Positions 12,501-28,100 of a stretch of 64,000 bases of DNA are shown here, piece by piece; within the stretch, counting starts at the first letter, position 1; each line of letters begins with the position of its first letter. A program made the position numbers and the translations under genes. A model generated the notes under the pieces. That model was not told the DNA's origin. It ran no database searches and was given only the letters and a program-made list of their open reading frames with translations. Location of the stretch: NCBI RefSeq assembly GCF_964355755.1, contig NC_092677.1, forward strand, positions 25,345,175 through 25,409,174. Reading direction: 5' to 3'. This DNA comes from Antedon mediterranea. Its lineage: Eukaryota; Animalia; Echinodermata.

Positions 12501-15500
12501 TAAAAAAAATCTCACTCACAGGTACAGTACAACTAAAATTACCTATGTGCGTATGTGTAATTGCAATCATTACGGTACATAACACATTTTAATGTGTTTA
12601 TGGAACATTAGGGAGATTCTTAATGTTAATACTAAGTAATGTAATATTATTGAATAACTTGATAATGTTGTTGATGTTAATAATAATGTTCTGTACAATT
12701 CCCAAATGAAAATATATTTAACACCCAAGAACTTTTGCAGTAGGAACATGACAAGATATCATATAATGTATATATATTACCACCTGTTTCTTTACCTAGA
12801 TTATTCATCAACTGCTAATACATATAAGGAATCACCACCTGCATATTTATTCAGATACAGTTTTGATTTTTGTAGTTAACATACTAAGACAATCCATGTC
12901 TTTCTCAAGCATGTTAACAACATGAATCTAATGTTAAGATATATTGAATATGATATCATATAATGTATACCACTTGTTTCTTAGATTATTCACCACCTGC
13001 TATTTACATAATAGAGAATCACCACCTGCGTATTTATTCACAGATACAGTTTTGTTTTTTGTAGTTACGTATAATATAAAATATATAACATAATAAGACA
13101 ATCCATGTCTTTCTCAAGCATGTTAACAACATGAATTTAATGATGATATATAACAATAAATAATAAAATATGATTATATAACAACATTACTTTTACATTC
13201 AATTATTTATAAGAGCCTATAAAACATGTATTATACAGAAAACATAACAGTATACATGAATCTAAAATAAAATGTATTAAAGTTGTAAATAGATAATTCA
13301 GAATTGTCCCATTGTATTGCATCAATTTCAAAGTAGACAATTGGGATTGACTAGGGATTTCCATTATCCCGCATCAAATATTCCATTATCCTGCGTTGTA
13401 TATTCCATTATTGAAGCAGATTCGAATCGGTTCCAAAGGGACCACTCACCACATAAATACAATTGTAATATCCGGATTAATTTTAATTTTCAAATCAAAT
13501 TTCATGGAAAGAGTTCTCTCCTTTGTGACACTGTTAAGTTGAATCAAGAAAAAGGACGACGACGATTGACGACGCTCAAAATCTTCATTTTTTCATCAAC
13601 GTTAAATATGCGTGAAAAAGTATAAATATTCAACAAAGTTTCTTTCTAGTTTTTGTTACAAAATATTTGCATATCTTCAAGCATAATTTGAATATTAAAT
13701 ATGTTTGAATGAATTTAGTTATTGTACAAACATTTTGATTAAAACCCAGAATAATCTATTTAATATGTTGGCAACCTATCCATTAGACCACTGAGACAAC
13801 CTTGTGTTGTGGTATATTTAACACTATACTGTAATTTCCCTTTTACTTTGAGGTAATTGCCAGCATGTTTTTTCCCAACAAAAATTGATTACTATTTCAT
13901 TTGATTATTCAAAAAAAGTATGACGACATGTTTCAACTGAGTGTTGTATTATTTGCTAGATTGTTTTTGCATAGAATACCTGGTTGCTATATCAATATTA
14001 ATTTTCAACCGAGTCTACGAACAACACATCCGGACAGATAATAAAATTAGAAATAAAAACTATTAAAAAATATTGTACAAATAAAAATCAATTTTGTATA
14101 CAGGTGAGTATTATCAAATTACTTAAAAAATTAAAATATAATCAAATTGTGTTATCATCTGTCTAGCACGGAATACTAGACGACCTTCATGAACTTGACA
14201 ATCAACGAACGCATTAACGTTTCACTGCTGCCTATGGCAATGGTGATGATATCGTAATTAAAATAGCAATCATTTTTATACTTGCAACAATAATCTATAA
14301 TGCATGGGTACCAGGTTTTTTTTTAATAAATTATATTGATGGATTTTAGTTTTAGTTGTTTTTGTTCTCTTTTGTGTTCTTAATGAATTTCATTCTACCA
14401 AATTAAAATCAACAATAAAAAAAAAATACAAAAAAGATAATTTTACAATAGGCTCAAATATTACATTTTGAATTTTCATAACAATTTTAATATGAAAAGT
14501 AAAAAAAGAAAATTCAAATTTAATTTGAATTCAACTGTTTGTATACTGACAATTAGTAAATTCTTTACACAAATATTTTAGAATTTGAATTCAATGGTTG
14601 CATTGCATAAGAATGAGGGAGACACCATTCATCTGTAACAGCCGATTCTCACAGTATCATATGATACAGTATCATGTCCAGTGACAAAAAACATCCTGCA
14701 GTATCGTGTCTGCTGACAGCAACAGCCCTGACCAATCAGTTACTTTGCAGAAAAACATTGGCATTAACGCTCTTCAATAAAAGGCTACTGTATGTGTTAG
14801 CAGAGGCTATACAGTGTATTCCATATGGGATGAAGTTTTCAGTCAGATGAAACGATACAGCATGGTGTTTTATGATACCACTCATGTATCTGGTGTCTGT
14901 ACCTACCACCCATCATCTTCTTCATAACTTTTAATGTATATAATTCATTTAATATTATTAACGAAATAATAATTAATATACCGGTATAGATAAAAACAGT
15001 GACAGCTCATTGACAGCTGAGTTTTATCCATCACATCAACTGTAATAAGATAGTATTAACAGACTAATTATAACCGTCGGTTTGTTTATATATTTAATGT
15101 CAAATGACAGGCAATTACAAGTAATTAACTATAAAAAATAATTGTAACAATGGGAGAAACTGACAAACCAATGATCTTAGAGGTCAACCAATAACACTTA
15201 GGTGACGAGCAACTGTTACAGCAACTCGCTAATACATTAATCCGGAAAAATGTAAAATACATTATGAAATATAATTTTAAAAGAAAACAATAGTACTATG
15301 AACTCCTTTTCACATAGAACACATTCCAAAAGATTGTTCTTGATGCGAGACGTTTGAAATAAAAAATAAATGTATATGGAATAGAATCATTTTGCCATGA
15401 TCCCTAATACAATATTAGTGTAAGCTCTGTCTACTTTACACTATCAAACTTGAAGTGACAACAAAAATGTGATGTGCCTATATATGGTAGTTATATGCCC

Positions 15501-16097
15501 AAAGATGGTAGTGATATGACATCATCATGTCTATACATCACATTTTTTTCCACATAAAGTCTTTCTACAGGTTGCTGTTCTTTTTATATAAGGTTTTTTT
15601 AAATGTTATTCATATAAAATAAAAAAATATATACAAAAAGGAAAAAGGAAGTGTATAGTCTATATGTATATATATTTATCAATCCAAAGGCAAATTACTG
15701 ACAAAAATGACAATGCTGTGGGTATCAGTGGCTGGATCTCAATGGAGATACAAAAATAAAAAGCGAAAAGCTAAATCAAAACGATAAAGTAAACAGCCAG
15801 AAAAGTTAGCCGAGCTTTCGGGCAACACTAGCCCTTCATCAGTGCAAGTGAAGGAATTTGGATAACGTCATAGTATAAAGCTGGCAAGTGCTGCCTGGGT
15901 GGACAGGAATAAAAGAAATATAACAAAGGGAGCCAGGGTGGAGTCTGAATAAGAGTAGAAAACAAAGAAGGTAGCTTGGTAGAGATATAAACAATTTTAT
16001 ATTTATCAAAATGTATTATTTGTAATTCATACTTTTTTTTATACCTTCTTCATTTGTTTTATTGTAATTGATTGAAAGAAAGAAAATAAATTTTATG

Positions 16098-16130
<33 letters not shown>

Positions 16131-19100
16131 AGTGTGACAGAGATTTAGAATGTTTTATGTAGAAAAAAGAAATTGAAAAAAAAAATCTACTACTCCTAGA
16201 ATTACTTATACACAGACATTTTAAAAATGAATGACATAATGAGGCCTGTAGTGTAACACAGACATATAGGTGGTTCGTTCGTTACAGCTGTAAGTTACCA
16301 CCTCTGCCATTTGACCTACGTCTCAAGTTTTGACAGAACCTTTGAAGCGTTAACATGCAGTGCGGTATTAAACTCTATTCTACAGTATCAAATGAATCGG
16401 GTGCATTAAATAAAGAGAATATTATGTTATTATAGATATTTTAGATCTCGTTAAATGTAGATGACTTGCCCGCTAGCTGATCGAAAGGGGTTGTTAGTAA
16501 ATTTACCACTGGTCCATCACTCTCACTGAGGTTAATTTAGATGTTGCGATGGAAGAACAGATTCAATTTATCTCAATGAAAACAAATAAGATACAAGAAA
16601 CTTTATTAGTCTTTGTAAAAAAGAAAGAAATGTCAGTTGTCAGCAATCCGATTAAAGGAGGCATATACATAAACCATGGAAAAAATATCATGCATAAACA
16701 GATTAAAAAAATGACAAAAAGTGTAAAAGTAATAAGGCCATCTTCCAGAAATATTGTTAATAGGCAATATTTTAGACATATAATAATTGTTAATAAAAAA
16801 ATAATAACCTCATACAGTAATTTTTAATATAGTTCAACCAGAAGTGGATTGTTGGTTAAAGTTAAGTTAAAGAATATGTTTACAACAAAAAAAGATAACA
16901 TTTCTTTTTTGAAAGAGCTATAGTAAAATTTAAAAAACTAGAAAAAAAAAATCTTTTATAAACAATAGAAGCTTAATGAAATTCTTTGAAAAGCTTTCCC
17001 TTTGTTACTTTTAGCAGAGCTGAATGGTAATACAGTATTTATAACAAAACTTTTTTTGGAATCCTTGTTCTAGTGAAAATAGTGACAAACTGGAAACCAG
17101 CAAGATGGCACTACTAATAAATAACTAACTAACCTACATATTAGCTAACAACAAATCAATTTCAAATGATAAAATTCATCATTTGAAATGTCTTAACTAT
17201 AAAGTAAAAATTAAAAGCTGATAATAAATATAATACTTTGTGTCAAAATAATTTTTTTTTTTCATTTTCAGCAATTGATGGTATGGCAAAACATTAGGCA
17301 TGATTTAAAGACAACTATCATTGCATCGACTGTTCAATAAAATCGACGATCAAAATGCCAATTATGGCTTCTCATCCAACTATTTCTGCTGCTTTTACGA
17401 GAAATATCACAATTACTTTTTTGAATGCAAGTTAAGTTTTATGTTATTTTACATTTTATTACAACTTGTCGATTCATTTTTTTTTTAGAGTGGACACATT
17501 GGAAATGTTAATTTAAGTTTTAAACTTAAATTTGTCTTGAATGTTCAAATTGTAGTATGGTTTTGTGCATTTTTATATTTTATAAATGCTTAATGAAAAG
17601 CAAAATAAAAGGAGAAATTATAGGTCTCGATCAGGCCTAAAAAGAATGATTTGTTTTCAATATTTAAATTTTGAAAGTTATCAACAGCTAGGCAAGATAC
17701 CACCAGGGGTGGTTTTCAAAATGTTTACAACCTTGTGATTTGATTTTTCGAATGGTCGTAAAATCAAAACGGTACTAGGTATGATCAACTAGCGTTCTTT
17801 TCACCAACTAGCCATTCATTCATAGAAGTACTGATGTAGCACTAGCAGCCTATCTGTACGGTGACCATAGAATGGACACAAGATATGACTTACCACAACT
17901 TTTAGTTGATTGACGATTGAAAAATAATTTTGTTGAATGTGTATGTTTTATATAATTATTTCAATAGTGTTTACATTTAATAAATTAACATTAATATTTG
18001 TTAGTATAAACAGTTTTGTGTTAATTTAGATATACGAAAAAAATGATGATGGTATGCAAGTATGCATTAGCAAACAAATGTACAAACAAACAAATGTATA
18101 AACAAACAAATGTACAAACAAACAAATGTACAAACAAACAAATGTACAAACAAACAAATGTATAAACAAACAAATGTACAAACAAACAAACAAATGTACA
18201 AACAAACAAATGTACAAACAAATGTATAAACAAACAAATGTACAAACAAACAAATGTACAAACAAACAAATGTACAAACAAACAAATGTTTAAACAAACA
18301 AATGTATAAACAAACAAATATACAAACAAACAAATGTATAAACAAACAAATAAACAAACAAATGTATAAACAAACAAATATACAAACAAACAAATGTACA
18401 AACAAACAAATGTATAAACAAACAAATGTATAAACAAACAAATGTACAAACAAATGTACAAACAAACAAATGTACAAACAAACAAATGTACAAACAAACA
18501 AATGTACAAACAAACAAATATACAAACAAACAAATGTATAAACAAACAAACAAATGTATAAACAAACAAATGTACAAACAAACAAATGTACAAACAAACA
18601 AATGTACAAACAAACAAATATACAAACAAACAAATGTATAAACAAACAAACAAATGTATAAACAAACAAATATACAAACAAACAAATGTATAAACAAACA
18701 AATGTATAAACAAACAAATGTATAAACAAACAAATGTACAAACAAATGTACAAACAAACAAATGTACAAACAAACAAATGTACAAACAAACAAATGTATA
18801 AACAAACAAATGTACAAACAAATGTACAAACAAACAAATGTACAAACAAACAAATGTACAAACAAACAAATGTATAAACAAACAAATGTACAAACAAACA
18901 AATGTATAAACAAACAAACAAATGTATAAACAAACAAATATACAAACAAACAAATGTATAAACAAACAAATATACAAACAAACAAATGTATAAACAAACA
19001 AACAAATGTATAAACAAACAAATATACAAACAAACAAATGTACAAACAAACAAATGTATAAACAAACAAATATACAAACAAACTAATGTATAAACAAACA

Positions 19101-22100
19101 AACAAATGTATAAACAAACAAATATACAAACAAACAAATGTACAAACACTCTCTCTTCTTAATTTACAGTAGATAATCATCATAATTGACATTCTTTGAA
19201 AAAGATCTACTAAATTTTTGTTCTGCAATAATGTATGATTGTGTCTATGTAGAAGTTTACAAGACAGTGACTCCAATACAGAATGCGTATCATCACCCAA
19301 AATTGATAATTTTAGGTTTAATTTTATATTTTCTTTTGTCCATTTATATACTGTATTTCGTTTACATTTATGTAGTTAAGAACTGAACCACTTTGGAAAT
19401 CAGTACATTGTATTGAAAGTGTATTTCAGAATAAAGAAAGATTAAATAAATAAATAAATAATAATCAGATTAAAGAGTTAAAACAAAATGTAGTTAGAAT
19501 AACTGTTGTCACAAGATCATATAAGACAACTACTTGACTTACATTTGTCTGTCTTTGATATCTTGTGATGTCATCTGGGACCCATAAATTGTAATTTTCC
19601 ATTTCACCAAGATACCACTTCCAGTCTTACCTGAAAAAATGAAAAATTTCGAGTAATGAACAGGGTAAATATTTACAATTTAAATATTTACAGAGTAAGT
19701 ATTAATGTTTATTTAATTGGGCAATTTCCCCCACAAATATTATTGTACTAAAGTGGTAGGCTCAAAATCTCAAGTGTACAAAATCTTAAAAAAACATGAA
19801 ATATGTCATACTATACACAAACAATACAGACAATCATGTGGGCTGAGGATGATATCAGGTACCATATTGGTACCTGGGAAGAGGTTTCACAATGTTGACA
19901 TTTTTAATAAAAGAGCACAACCCACAAAACTACTACAAAGTGGGAACAGGTTCTTTGGAATGAAGAATTATTGATAAAACGTTGAATTATTTCATAAAGT
20001 TGTTAGTTTCTATAACGTATGAATAAATCTATTTAAATGTTACTACAGAACTAGACTTTCCACAAGTCTCTAGTCATTCTATGTAGCGCCACCAGTAGGA
20101 GTTTTTCCTTTTTTCATTAATTCTGGCTCTAGTAAGGTATAATATGTGTACCAAAATGTATTTCTTTTATGAATATTAAGTCAAATCATCACATATATTC
20201 ATCCCATTTTTTTTGCAATAGGGGTTTTCTACTTGTATAAGCTATGCTTCTGAAATTCCCCATTTCCATTCTTTTTTTGTTGTCTTTGTACTATAATTAT
20301 TTATGTTTATGAATGTGTATGATGAATGGAAATAAAGAAAAGAAAGAATTTACCGACCATTTTGATCTACAAAAAGATTTTTTCTAATTAGTGATTATCA
20401 AACCAATATTCAATCAACTTTCACCTAGAGTAAACACTCCCTAAAGCCCATAGGTGTTAGCCATATTAAATACATACAAATTAATTAGAATCACGAAATA
20501 CAATAGTTTGTCAATATTCCATTATGTTGGTTATTAAAAACTAAACTAAAAATAACTTGTTGGACTATTGGATCAAGTCAAATTTAGAAATGATCATTTA
20601 CTCAATTATTTTAAACACGTTTTGCCACATCCTTTAGATGGAACAACAAGCAATGGTCCATGTACTTACATTCACATATTTCCATAATAAAGAGATTTTC
20701 TCACGGTTAGCAATTTGACCAATATAGGGCTAAAGTGGACAAATGCCTAATCTACTTAATAATATGAAGCATAAAAAAAAGCTAATGTGATTTCATCTTC
20801 CAGAGGCATTGACCGTTTTATTTTAACTTGTCACTAACTATTAAATTATCTGTCAGAAAAACTAATTACATTATTTAATGTATGTCTAAATTCAAGTTGT
20901 CATTATTGACAAATGACAACTTTCTAAGAGTGTGGACCAAATGTAAAAACACGGTTTGATGGCTGCTTTCCCAAGAGTATTCGCTAAATATATAGATAAT
21001 TGTTCAGTAGTTAGTTACTGCAGTTCTTTGACAGATTGCTGCAGACTTTTCACAACCAACAAAACCTTAGAGCACTCTTGGGTTACACCACAATGCCAAG
21101 TTTTTTGTAGATTTCTCTGCTTAAAATGGAAATAATCTACAAAACCTTTGAGCACCCTTGGGTTACACCACAATGCCAAGTTTTTTGTAGATTTCTCTGC
21201 TTAAAATGGAAATAATCTACAAAACCTTTGAGCACCCTTGGGTTAAACCACAATGCCAAGTTTTCTGTATTTCTCTGCTTAAAATGGAAATACAAGAGGA
21301 ATGTAGAAGTTTGAGCTTATAAACTTCAGTTTTAGAGTTGTAATTTTTTAGAGTTTCTATTCTTTAGGTCAAAGTTCACTACCAAAAAGTAGTATTGGTA
21401 TATTTTAAAAACTGTAATACAAATTTAGAATTAACTAAATGTTTTCAAATAATATCAGTTTACGTCCAAGGAAAAATTTACTTGTAAGATCATTTTTATT
21501 TATGGTAAAATGGTATTTTTTATCAATTACCATAATGTTTCCAGAATTAAGAGTTGCATTAATGCAAATCAAATATTTGAACCCATTTATATTCAGAAAT
21601 AATCATAAATAAAACATTTATTGCATTTGAGCAGTTTGAGTAACAAAAAAAACACTAAATTATGTCATTTTTCGACAAATAAACATAGACAGGATGGAAA
21701 TAAACTGTTCCTTAAATTTGCAAATAAGGCAACAAACGACAAACAATTTAAATCTGACTTTTTCATTTATTGTTGACATAATAAAATTAGCTTTTAATAA
21801 CCTAATAAAATTTGACCCAGTTATATCAATACCTCTATGGCGACCCAGATATGCGATTTGCAGAAGCAATATCAAATAAGTGAAAACCAAATACAGGTTT
21901 AAACAATAATGTTTGCCAAAGAACTTGGGAATTGTAAAGGAGCTTCACAAATGAAAGTTTAATACATAATAATTGAAAACATATCTTCTTGCAATTGCAT
22001 TGTACAAAGGTAACTTTTTTACTTATTGTAAATTAAATTAAGTTCTTTTTTCTAAATATTCATTCAGGTATTATTAGTAATGGTTCTGCATCTGACAAAC

Positions 22101-25100
22101 GAAGGAAAAAATTTGCACAATGATTTTTTCAACACAGAGTAATATTCAATTCTTAGATTTTTTTGCACTATGGATCGATGAAATATTTTAAATTGCACTC
22201 GTTAGTAGGTCATTAGTGCAGAGTTATCGGTGTTGAAAGTTGTAATTCGTAACCTTTTTATGTGAAATCCCAAAGATTAAAGTTGTCAACACTGTTAGGT
22301 GGTAATTGGTATCAACCGGGAATTCAGTTCAGTTGCAAATATATTTTGTCTCTGCTGAACTGGATGAGGTATAAAATATTTGAAGTTACATTAAAATGGC
22401 ATATTTAAAAAAGAATTATTTTTTCAGGGGTACATTTGTACAATACAAAAAAATTTAAATTATCACATTTTTTTTATAAGAGTTTAGCAATGCCACAAAT
22501 GATGAAATTTCAGAGAAATATAAACAAATGACAGCAGATATGCATTCTGTGATTCATGAAATTGTAAGTATATACATCTGCTTGCTAAGGATATACTTTG
22601 CATAAACTTTTATTATTCGTAAAATCAATAATATATCAAATCTTTGACAGCACATGTTGAAGCAAATTAAACAAAACAAAAATCATTCAATATGAAAAGT
22701 TATCGATTAAACAAACCACCAATATGAAAAAAATAAAATTGAAATGACTTTGAATTTGATGAAAAATGTTTGTCTTTGCCGAATCTGGTCTTTTCGTTTT
22801 CTTTTCAAGCAACTCAATAGTAACGATAGTATATTTTGATATTTTTATGATACTTTATTACAGTACATCTCTTGGGAGAGCAGTAAACACAAAAGGTAAA
22901 ATCTATTGTTTAAAAAATATATATTGCTTTTTAATTACCAGGTAAGAAAAAAAGATATACTGGTACAACACCACATGTTTCAGAATGGCTATGTCAACAA
23001 AACCGAAGCGCAGATGTTAACAATCTATCACATTTTTATGTCCTTTCTTAAAATGATTGTTTCTGATTAATGCCTGTAATTATAATTGATATTGATTTAG
23101 TGGTCCAATGGCATGCTGCAAGTTAAGTGTCCCAAGTTCAAATCCTAATTACAGGTCTACCGTACATTTCATCATTTGTTTTTTAAGCACTATCGCTGGA
23201 AAGTTTATATAGTGAGAGGAACATTAAATATACTGTAGCTTTGGTTTATAACGTTGGTGGTCTAATGGTAGGCTGCAATTAGATTTCAGCCACTTTATCT
23301 TTCTGTTTATTCTTTATCATTTCTTTCAAGCACTACCGGAAGCAGTTTAGAGTAAAACTCTGTCTACACTAGTCTATCTAACTATTCTGACCAAAAAGGT
23401 GCGACGTGCCCTAATATAGTAGTGATATGAAATCATCGTTTCTATATGGGAACATCACATTTTGTCACATAAAGTTTAATAGTGTAAACAGAGCTTAAGA
23501 GAAAAATTACAATAAATTGCATTGGATTATAACTTTGAAACAACTTTTTCTCAAACAAAAATTTAATATAAACTAAATGGTGTTCCATGATTATACCCTA
23601 ACAAGCTTTGTGGTTTTAACAGCAAAGTTGTTATGGAAGTTATGTACCTATACCTTTAGAATGATCCACCAATTGAGATCCGCTAAACATGTTCCATCAC
23701 AATCAGAAACATCGAACAACTTCTGAAGCCTCACGTTTTCAACTTCATAAATTTGAATTTTTATTTTACTGTCTTCTGTTTTTCACTTTATTATGCATAG
23801 CACACTGGGGCTTTAGGCTTGTATCAAACGAAAAATATTATTACTATTTTGAAGACAGGCAAGCATATAATAAATATTGGTTACAGACATTTGTTGTTAT
23901 ATAGATTTTCTCATATGAAAAATGATATTTTTACTAACAACATTTCACACTAATCCTCGTGTTTATTCTACTGGTAAGATAATCTACTTTTTTTTATCGA
24001 TGTACTTATTAATTCTTCGTTAATCATGAACTGATAAAACGAGACAGGCAATGTCCGTCTCTGATGTAATGGTTGACATTTGTTTCTAATAAAAACATAC
24101 CAATGCTGTCGTACTAAAGCAAAAATAACGTAAAAACACCTGCGACGTGATCGTTAACTAACAGTTACATTGATAAATTTGCTAAATTGTTCAATAAATT
24201 TGAACAGATAACTCAAATACAGTATAAACAGTTTAATCTGATTCGCAATTTGCATCTATAAATATATGTATGTATCTGAAGTTATGTAACTTTTATTTCT
24301 GGGTACGTTTAATGTTCCCAGAATGAAAAATAAATTAAATGTGCAGCTGCTTGATCATGAGACGTGTCCGAGATAGGTCCATGGGCTTGGGACTGGTAAA
24401 GCAAGTAATTCATCAACAAACACACCTGCCCCAACCTACACTACCCCTTCCTTTAAACTTACATTTCGGAATATACAATGCAAAAGATGGGATTTAGGTT
24501 GTGTTTGGCACTTTACCCACTTTTTCCACATTTTAAAATCTGTCACGGAGTGCCACATTATAATTTTAAATACTTTTTACTTGTTTCCTTTAAAACAAAT
24601 TTATTTAACTCTGTCAGTAGCAACATCAGTTTTTGATTAATTTCTTATTTTCTATATTCATTCATGTCCTTCAAATTGATAAATGATGATAAAATTAAGC
24701 TTAGGGAAATAAAAGTCTGTCTTCTTCAACATTATATTTTTCTTAGAAAAATATTATAACATAATATAATGCTATGTTTCTCAAAACTGTGTGCTCAAAA
24801 GCTCTGTGTACTCTCTTGTGATGTGCCCATATATGGACATTATGATGTATATCACTACCATATGTAAGCATATCACTACCATATTTAAGCATATCATTAC
24901 CATATTTTGGCATATCACACTTTTTTTTTGTCAAACTAGTTTGATAGTGTAGACAGAGCAAAGGCTCACATATATTTTATTTTGGTGTTAAGTGTGTCCT
25001 TCCGTTTCTGTCTCTTCATACAATCTTGATATCGCATTTGTTCCTTGTCATTTTTGTTCATAAATAATGTACACAATAACAATCACAAAAAGAAATTCCT

Positions 25101-28100
25101 GAACCATTTGTCTTAATTATTTTTTTAAAAACTCGCTCTCCATTATTGCTCAGACATGATGTTGTTACCACGATGCATGGATGTACAATAACCTGCAGTA
25201 CACAGGTTATTGCTTGGTTTATGTACATAAATATAAATCTCTAATTGTCTGAGTCTATCAAAATACTTTGTTTTGGATATCTTTTGGGAAAGAAGTTGAA
25301 CATTATTATTATGGTTCGATAGACAGAAGAGCATTTGTATATATTATGAAATGCGTGCGTGTGTGACTTATCCATAAAATGTGCGTGTGCGACTTATCTA
25401 TAAAATGTGTGTGCGCGCGACTTATCTATAAAATTTGTGTTTGATGTGCGTGTGTGCGACCTATCTATAAAATGTGTATTTGATGTGCGTGTGTGTGCGA
25501 CCTATCTATGAAATGTGTATGTTCAGTGTACTGAATACTGAATACTGAAATGCTTTATTTGTCCATCATCATCATAAAATAACAACAGAAATTCTTCTTG
25601 AAGATTGACAATTATTAGTAAAATAATAAATAGATATACAATATGTTGTCTGTGCGACCAACATATGAAATGTGTGTGTTCAATGTGCATGTGTGCGACC
25701 TATCTATCAAATGTGTGTTCAATGTGCGCATGTGCGACCTATGTGTGCTTTATTAAGACTTAGTTTATAAGCACATGCGATAAATTACAGTTCATCCATC
25801 CTGTAATTGGTGAGTTTCTCGCAGTTGAATGTGTATGAAATAATTTAATAATACTAATAGATAGAAAAAAAAAGACTATTATATATTTCAGCGTCCAACC
25901 ACAACTTGTTCTTTTTCTATTTCAAGATACAGTTGTTGACTATAGAATTTATCATTGTAAGCAATTATGTATTCATTTGATAATGGCAAGCAGAAAGAAA
26001 CCTCCGGCATTCTGAACAACAAAACAAATCTCTGAAGATTTCTTTAAACATATTACATAATTCATTTCCTTTGACTGATTTTTATTTATAAAAGTGAGCA
26101 CAATAGTCTTAATTAATCATTGTAATCAGACAATAGGTCGCTGTGTTCTGTAATAAACTAATTTTTTTTATGTTGTGTTGAATAAATTACATCCTTTATG
26201 ATTCTATAATTGTTCTAATTGTTGTCAAACAATGAGGAATTGTTAGAATTTCTAAGGAATATAATTTGTAAAGCTCTGTCTACACTATCAAACTAGTTTG
26301 ACAAAAAAATGCTCAAATATGGTAGTCATGTGCCCAAATATGGTAGTGATATGACATCATCATGTCCATATATGGGCACATTACAATTTTTTTGTCACAT
26401 AAACTTTAATAGTGTACACAGAGATTAAGGAACCATGCCAAAATTATTCTACTACACTATTTCTAGCCCTACATACTTTGATGGACAATACCAGTAACTT
26501 TGAATGCCAAATAATGTACCACTTTCTGTATATTTAACACAATTAAAAGATTTACTCTAACTTAATTCTAAAATTAATCTATAATGCCATACAGAGTAAA
26601 TCCATACAAAAATAGATAATACACCGTAGCAGTAACTAGTCCGAATGAAACTCATGTTAGATAATCTAAGTCTTTAAATTAAATCCATCTGCGCTAACAA
26701 CAAAAACCTTTTCAACGACAAAAAGACAACCAACTAAAAAGCGGTGTTTGAAATACAAAGACGTAAGTTTCTTTTCAGATATATTCAAAGTAGATAAGTA
26801 ATGAGATAAACATGTTTTTTATTTATGAAGATGCGACGTTCGTTTCATGCCTTTTAATCAGACAAATACGATAAAACTTTTGTTTCCATCTTTGGAGATG
26901 AATATCGTTTATTGTGATACGTTACTGCAGTCAGCACAAAAGAATTTGTACGGATTGTCAATTAGACGAGAGGAAATAGGATTTACCGCATAATCACGGT
27001 AAGATTATAAAGCTATTTTACCAGGTGTTTATATCCTACGATAGCGAACTAATTTACACCTAAAAGTAATTATTTTATTTCAAGGTCTTTATAGTTGATG
27101 ATTACCCGTTATATGCACTAATCTTACTTAAACTAATATAAAAATATAAATTGGATCAACGTTATACACTGTCCACAAAAACAGAAACATAAGCAGAATG
27201 ACTTTCTAACTAGACAGCTGCGTAGTGAAGTGGTGTGTTGTGAAAACAAAAATTCCCTAATGACAAATATTGTGAAGCACCGATTCAGCTTAATTTGTTT
27301 CCAAACACAAAGTTAATTTGTCTTTCCAAAATAGCTATAACTATAATTTTGTCGAGCAATTTAAATGTTAATAGTGTGTACCACCACTGTCGAGAGAGTT
27401 ATACTTTAGAGATTTTCAACCATAATTTTAAACTTATTTCTTAATATCATCTCTTAAGTAAACAAACTTACATGTTTAAGTAAAAAAAAATTATAATTGA
27501 GCAAACAGTATGACAATCCAATCATTGAAGACTAAATTTCTACGTCAATATAGAGGGCAGCAAACACATTTAAAATTGCATCATAAGGCTGTTGAAATCT
27601 TAATAATTGAGGGCTCACTACTAAAATTCTAAATATTTCTTGGTTTGCTCGGTGAATATTAACACTTGTAAAGTTAGTAAAAGTTGTATTTAAACATGCG
27701 CCCTCTGAGGCAATGTTTTGCCGAGTACTTCACTCAGAGTGCTTTAATTTGTTTGTTAGAAACCCATGGTATACCAAAAACCTAACTTTTCTACTTCAAA
27801 TCTATCAATTATACATAATTGTTGGACAATAAAATAAATAAAAAGAAAAATTTGTATTCTTTTAACATGGGCTGAAATATCAAAATGCATCCTCTGTGGC
27901 AATATTTTGCCAAGTACTTCACTCAGTTTCTTTCATTTGTTTGTTAGAAACACATGGTATACCGCAAACCTAACTTTGCTATTCAAAATCTATCAATTTT
28001 ACATGATTGTTAGAAAATAGAAAAAAAAAGAACATGTGTATTCTTTTAACAAAGTTTTGACAAGTACTTCACTCAGTTTCTGAGGGCTTTCATTTGTTTG

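Noticed and set aside
18021-19300. Long 336-360 aa ORFs (FVCLYICLF...)
   Set aside because: Translations of a stop-free minisatellite, open in every minus-strand frame; no coding evidence.
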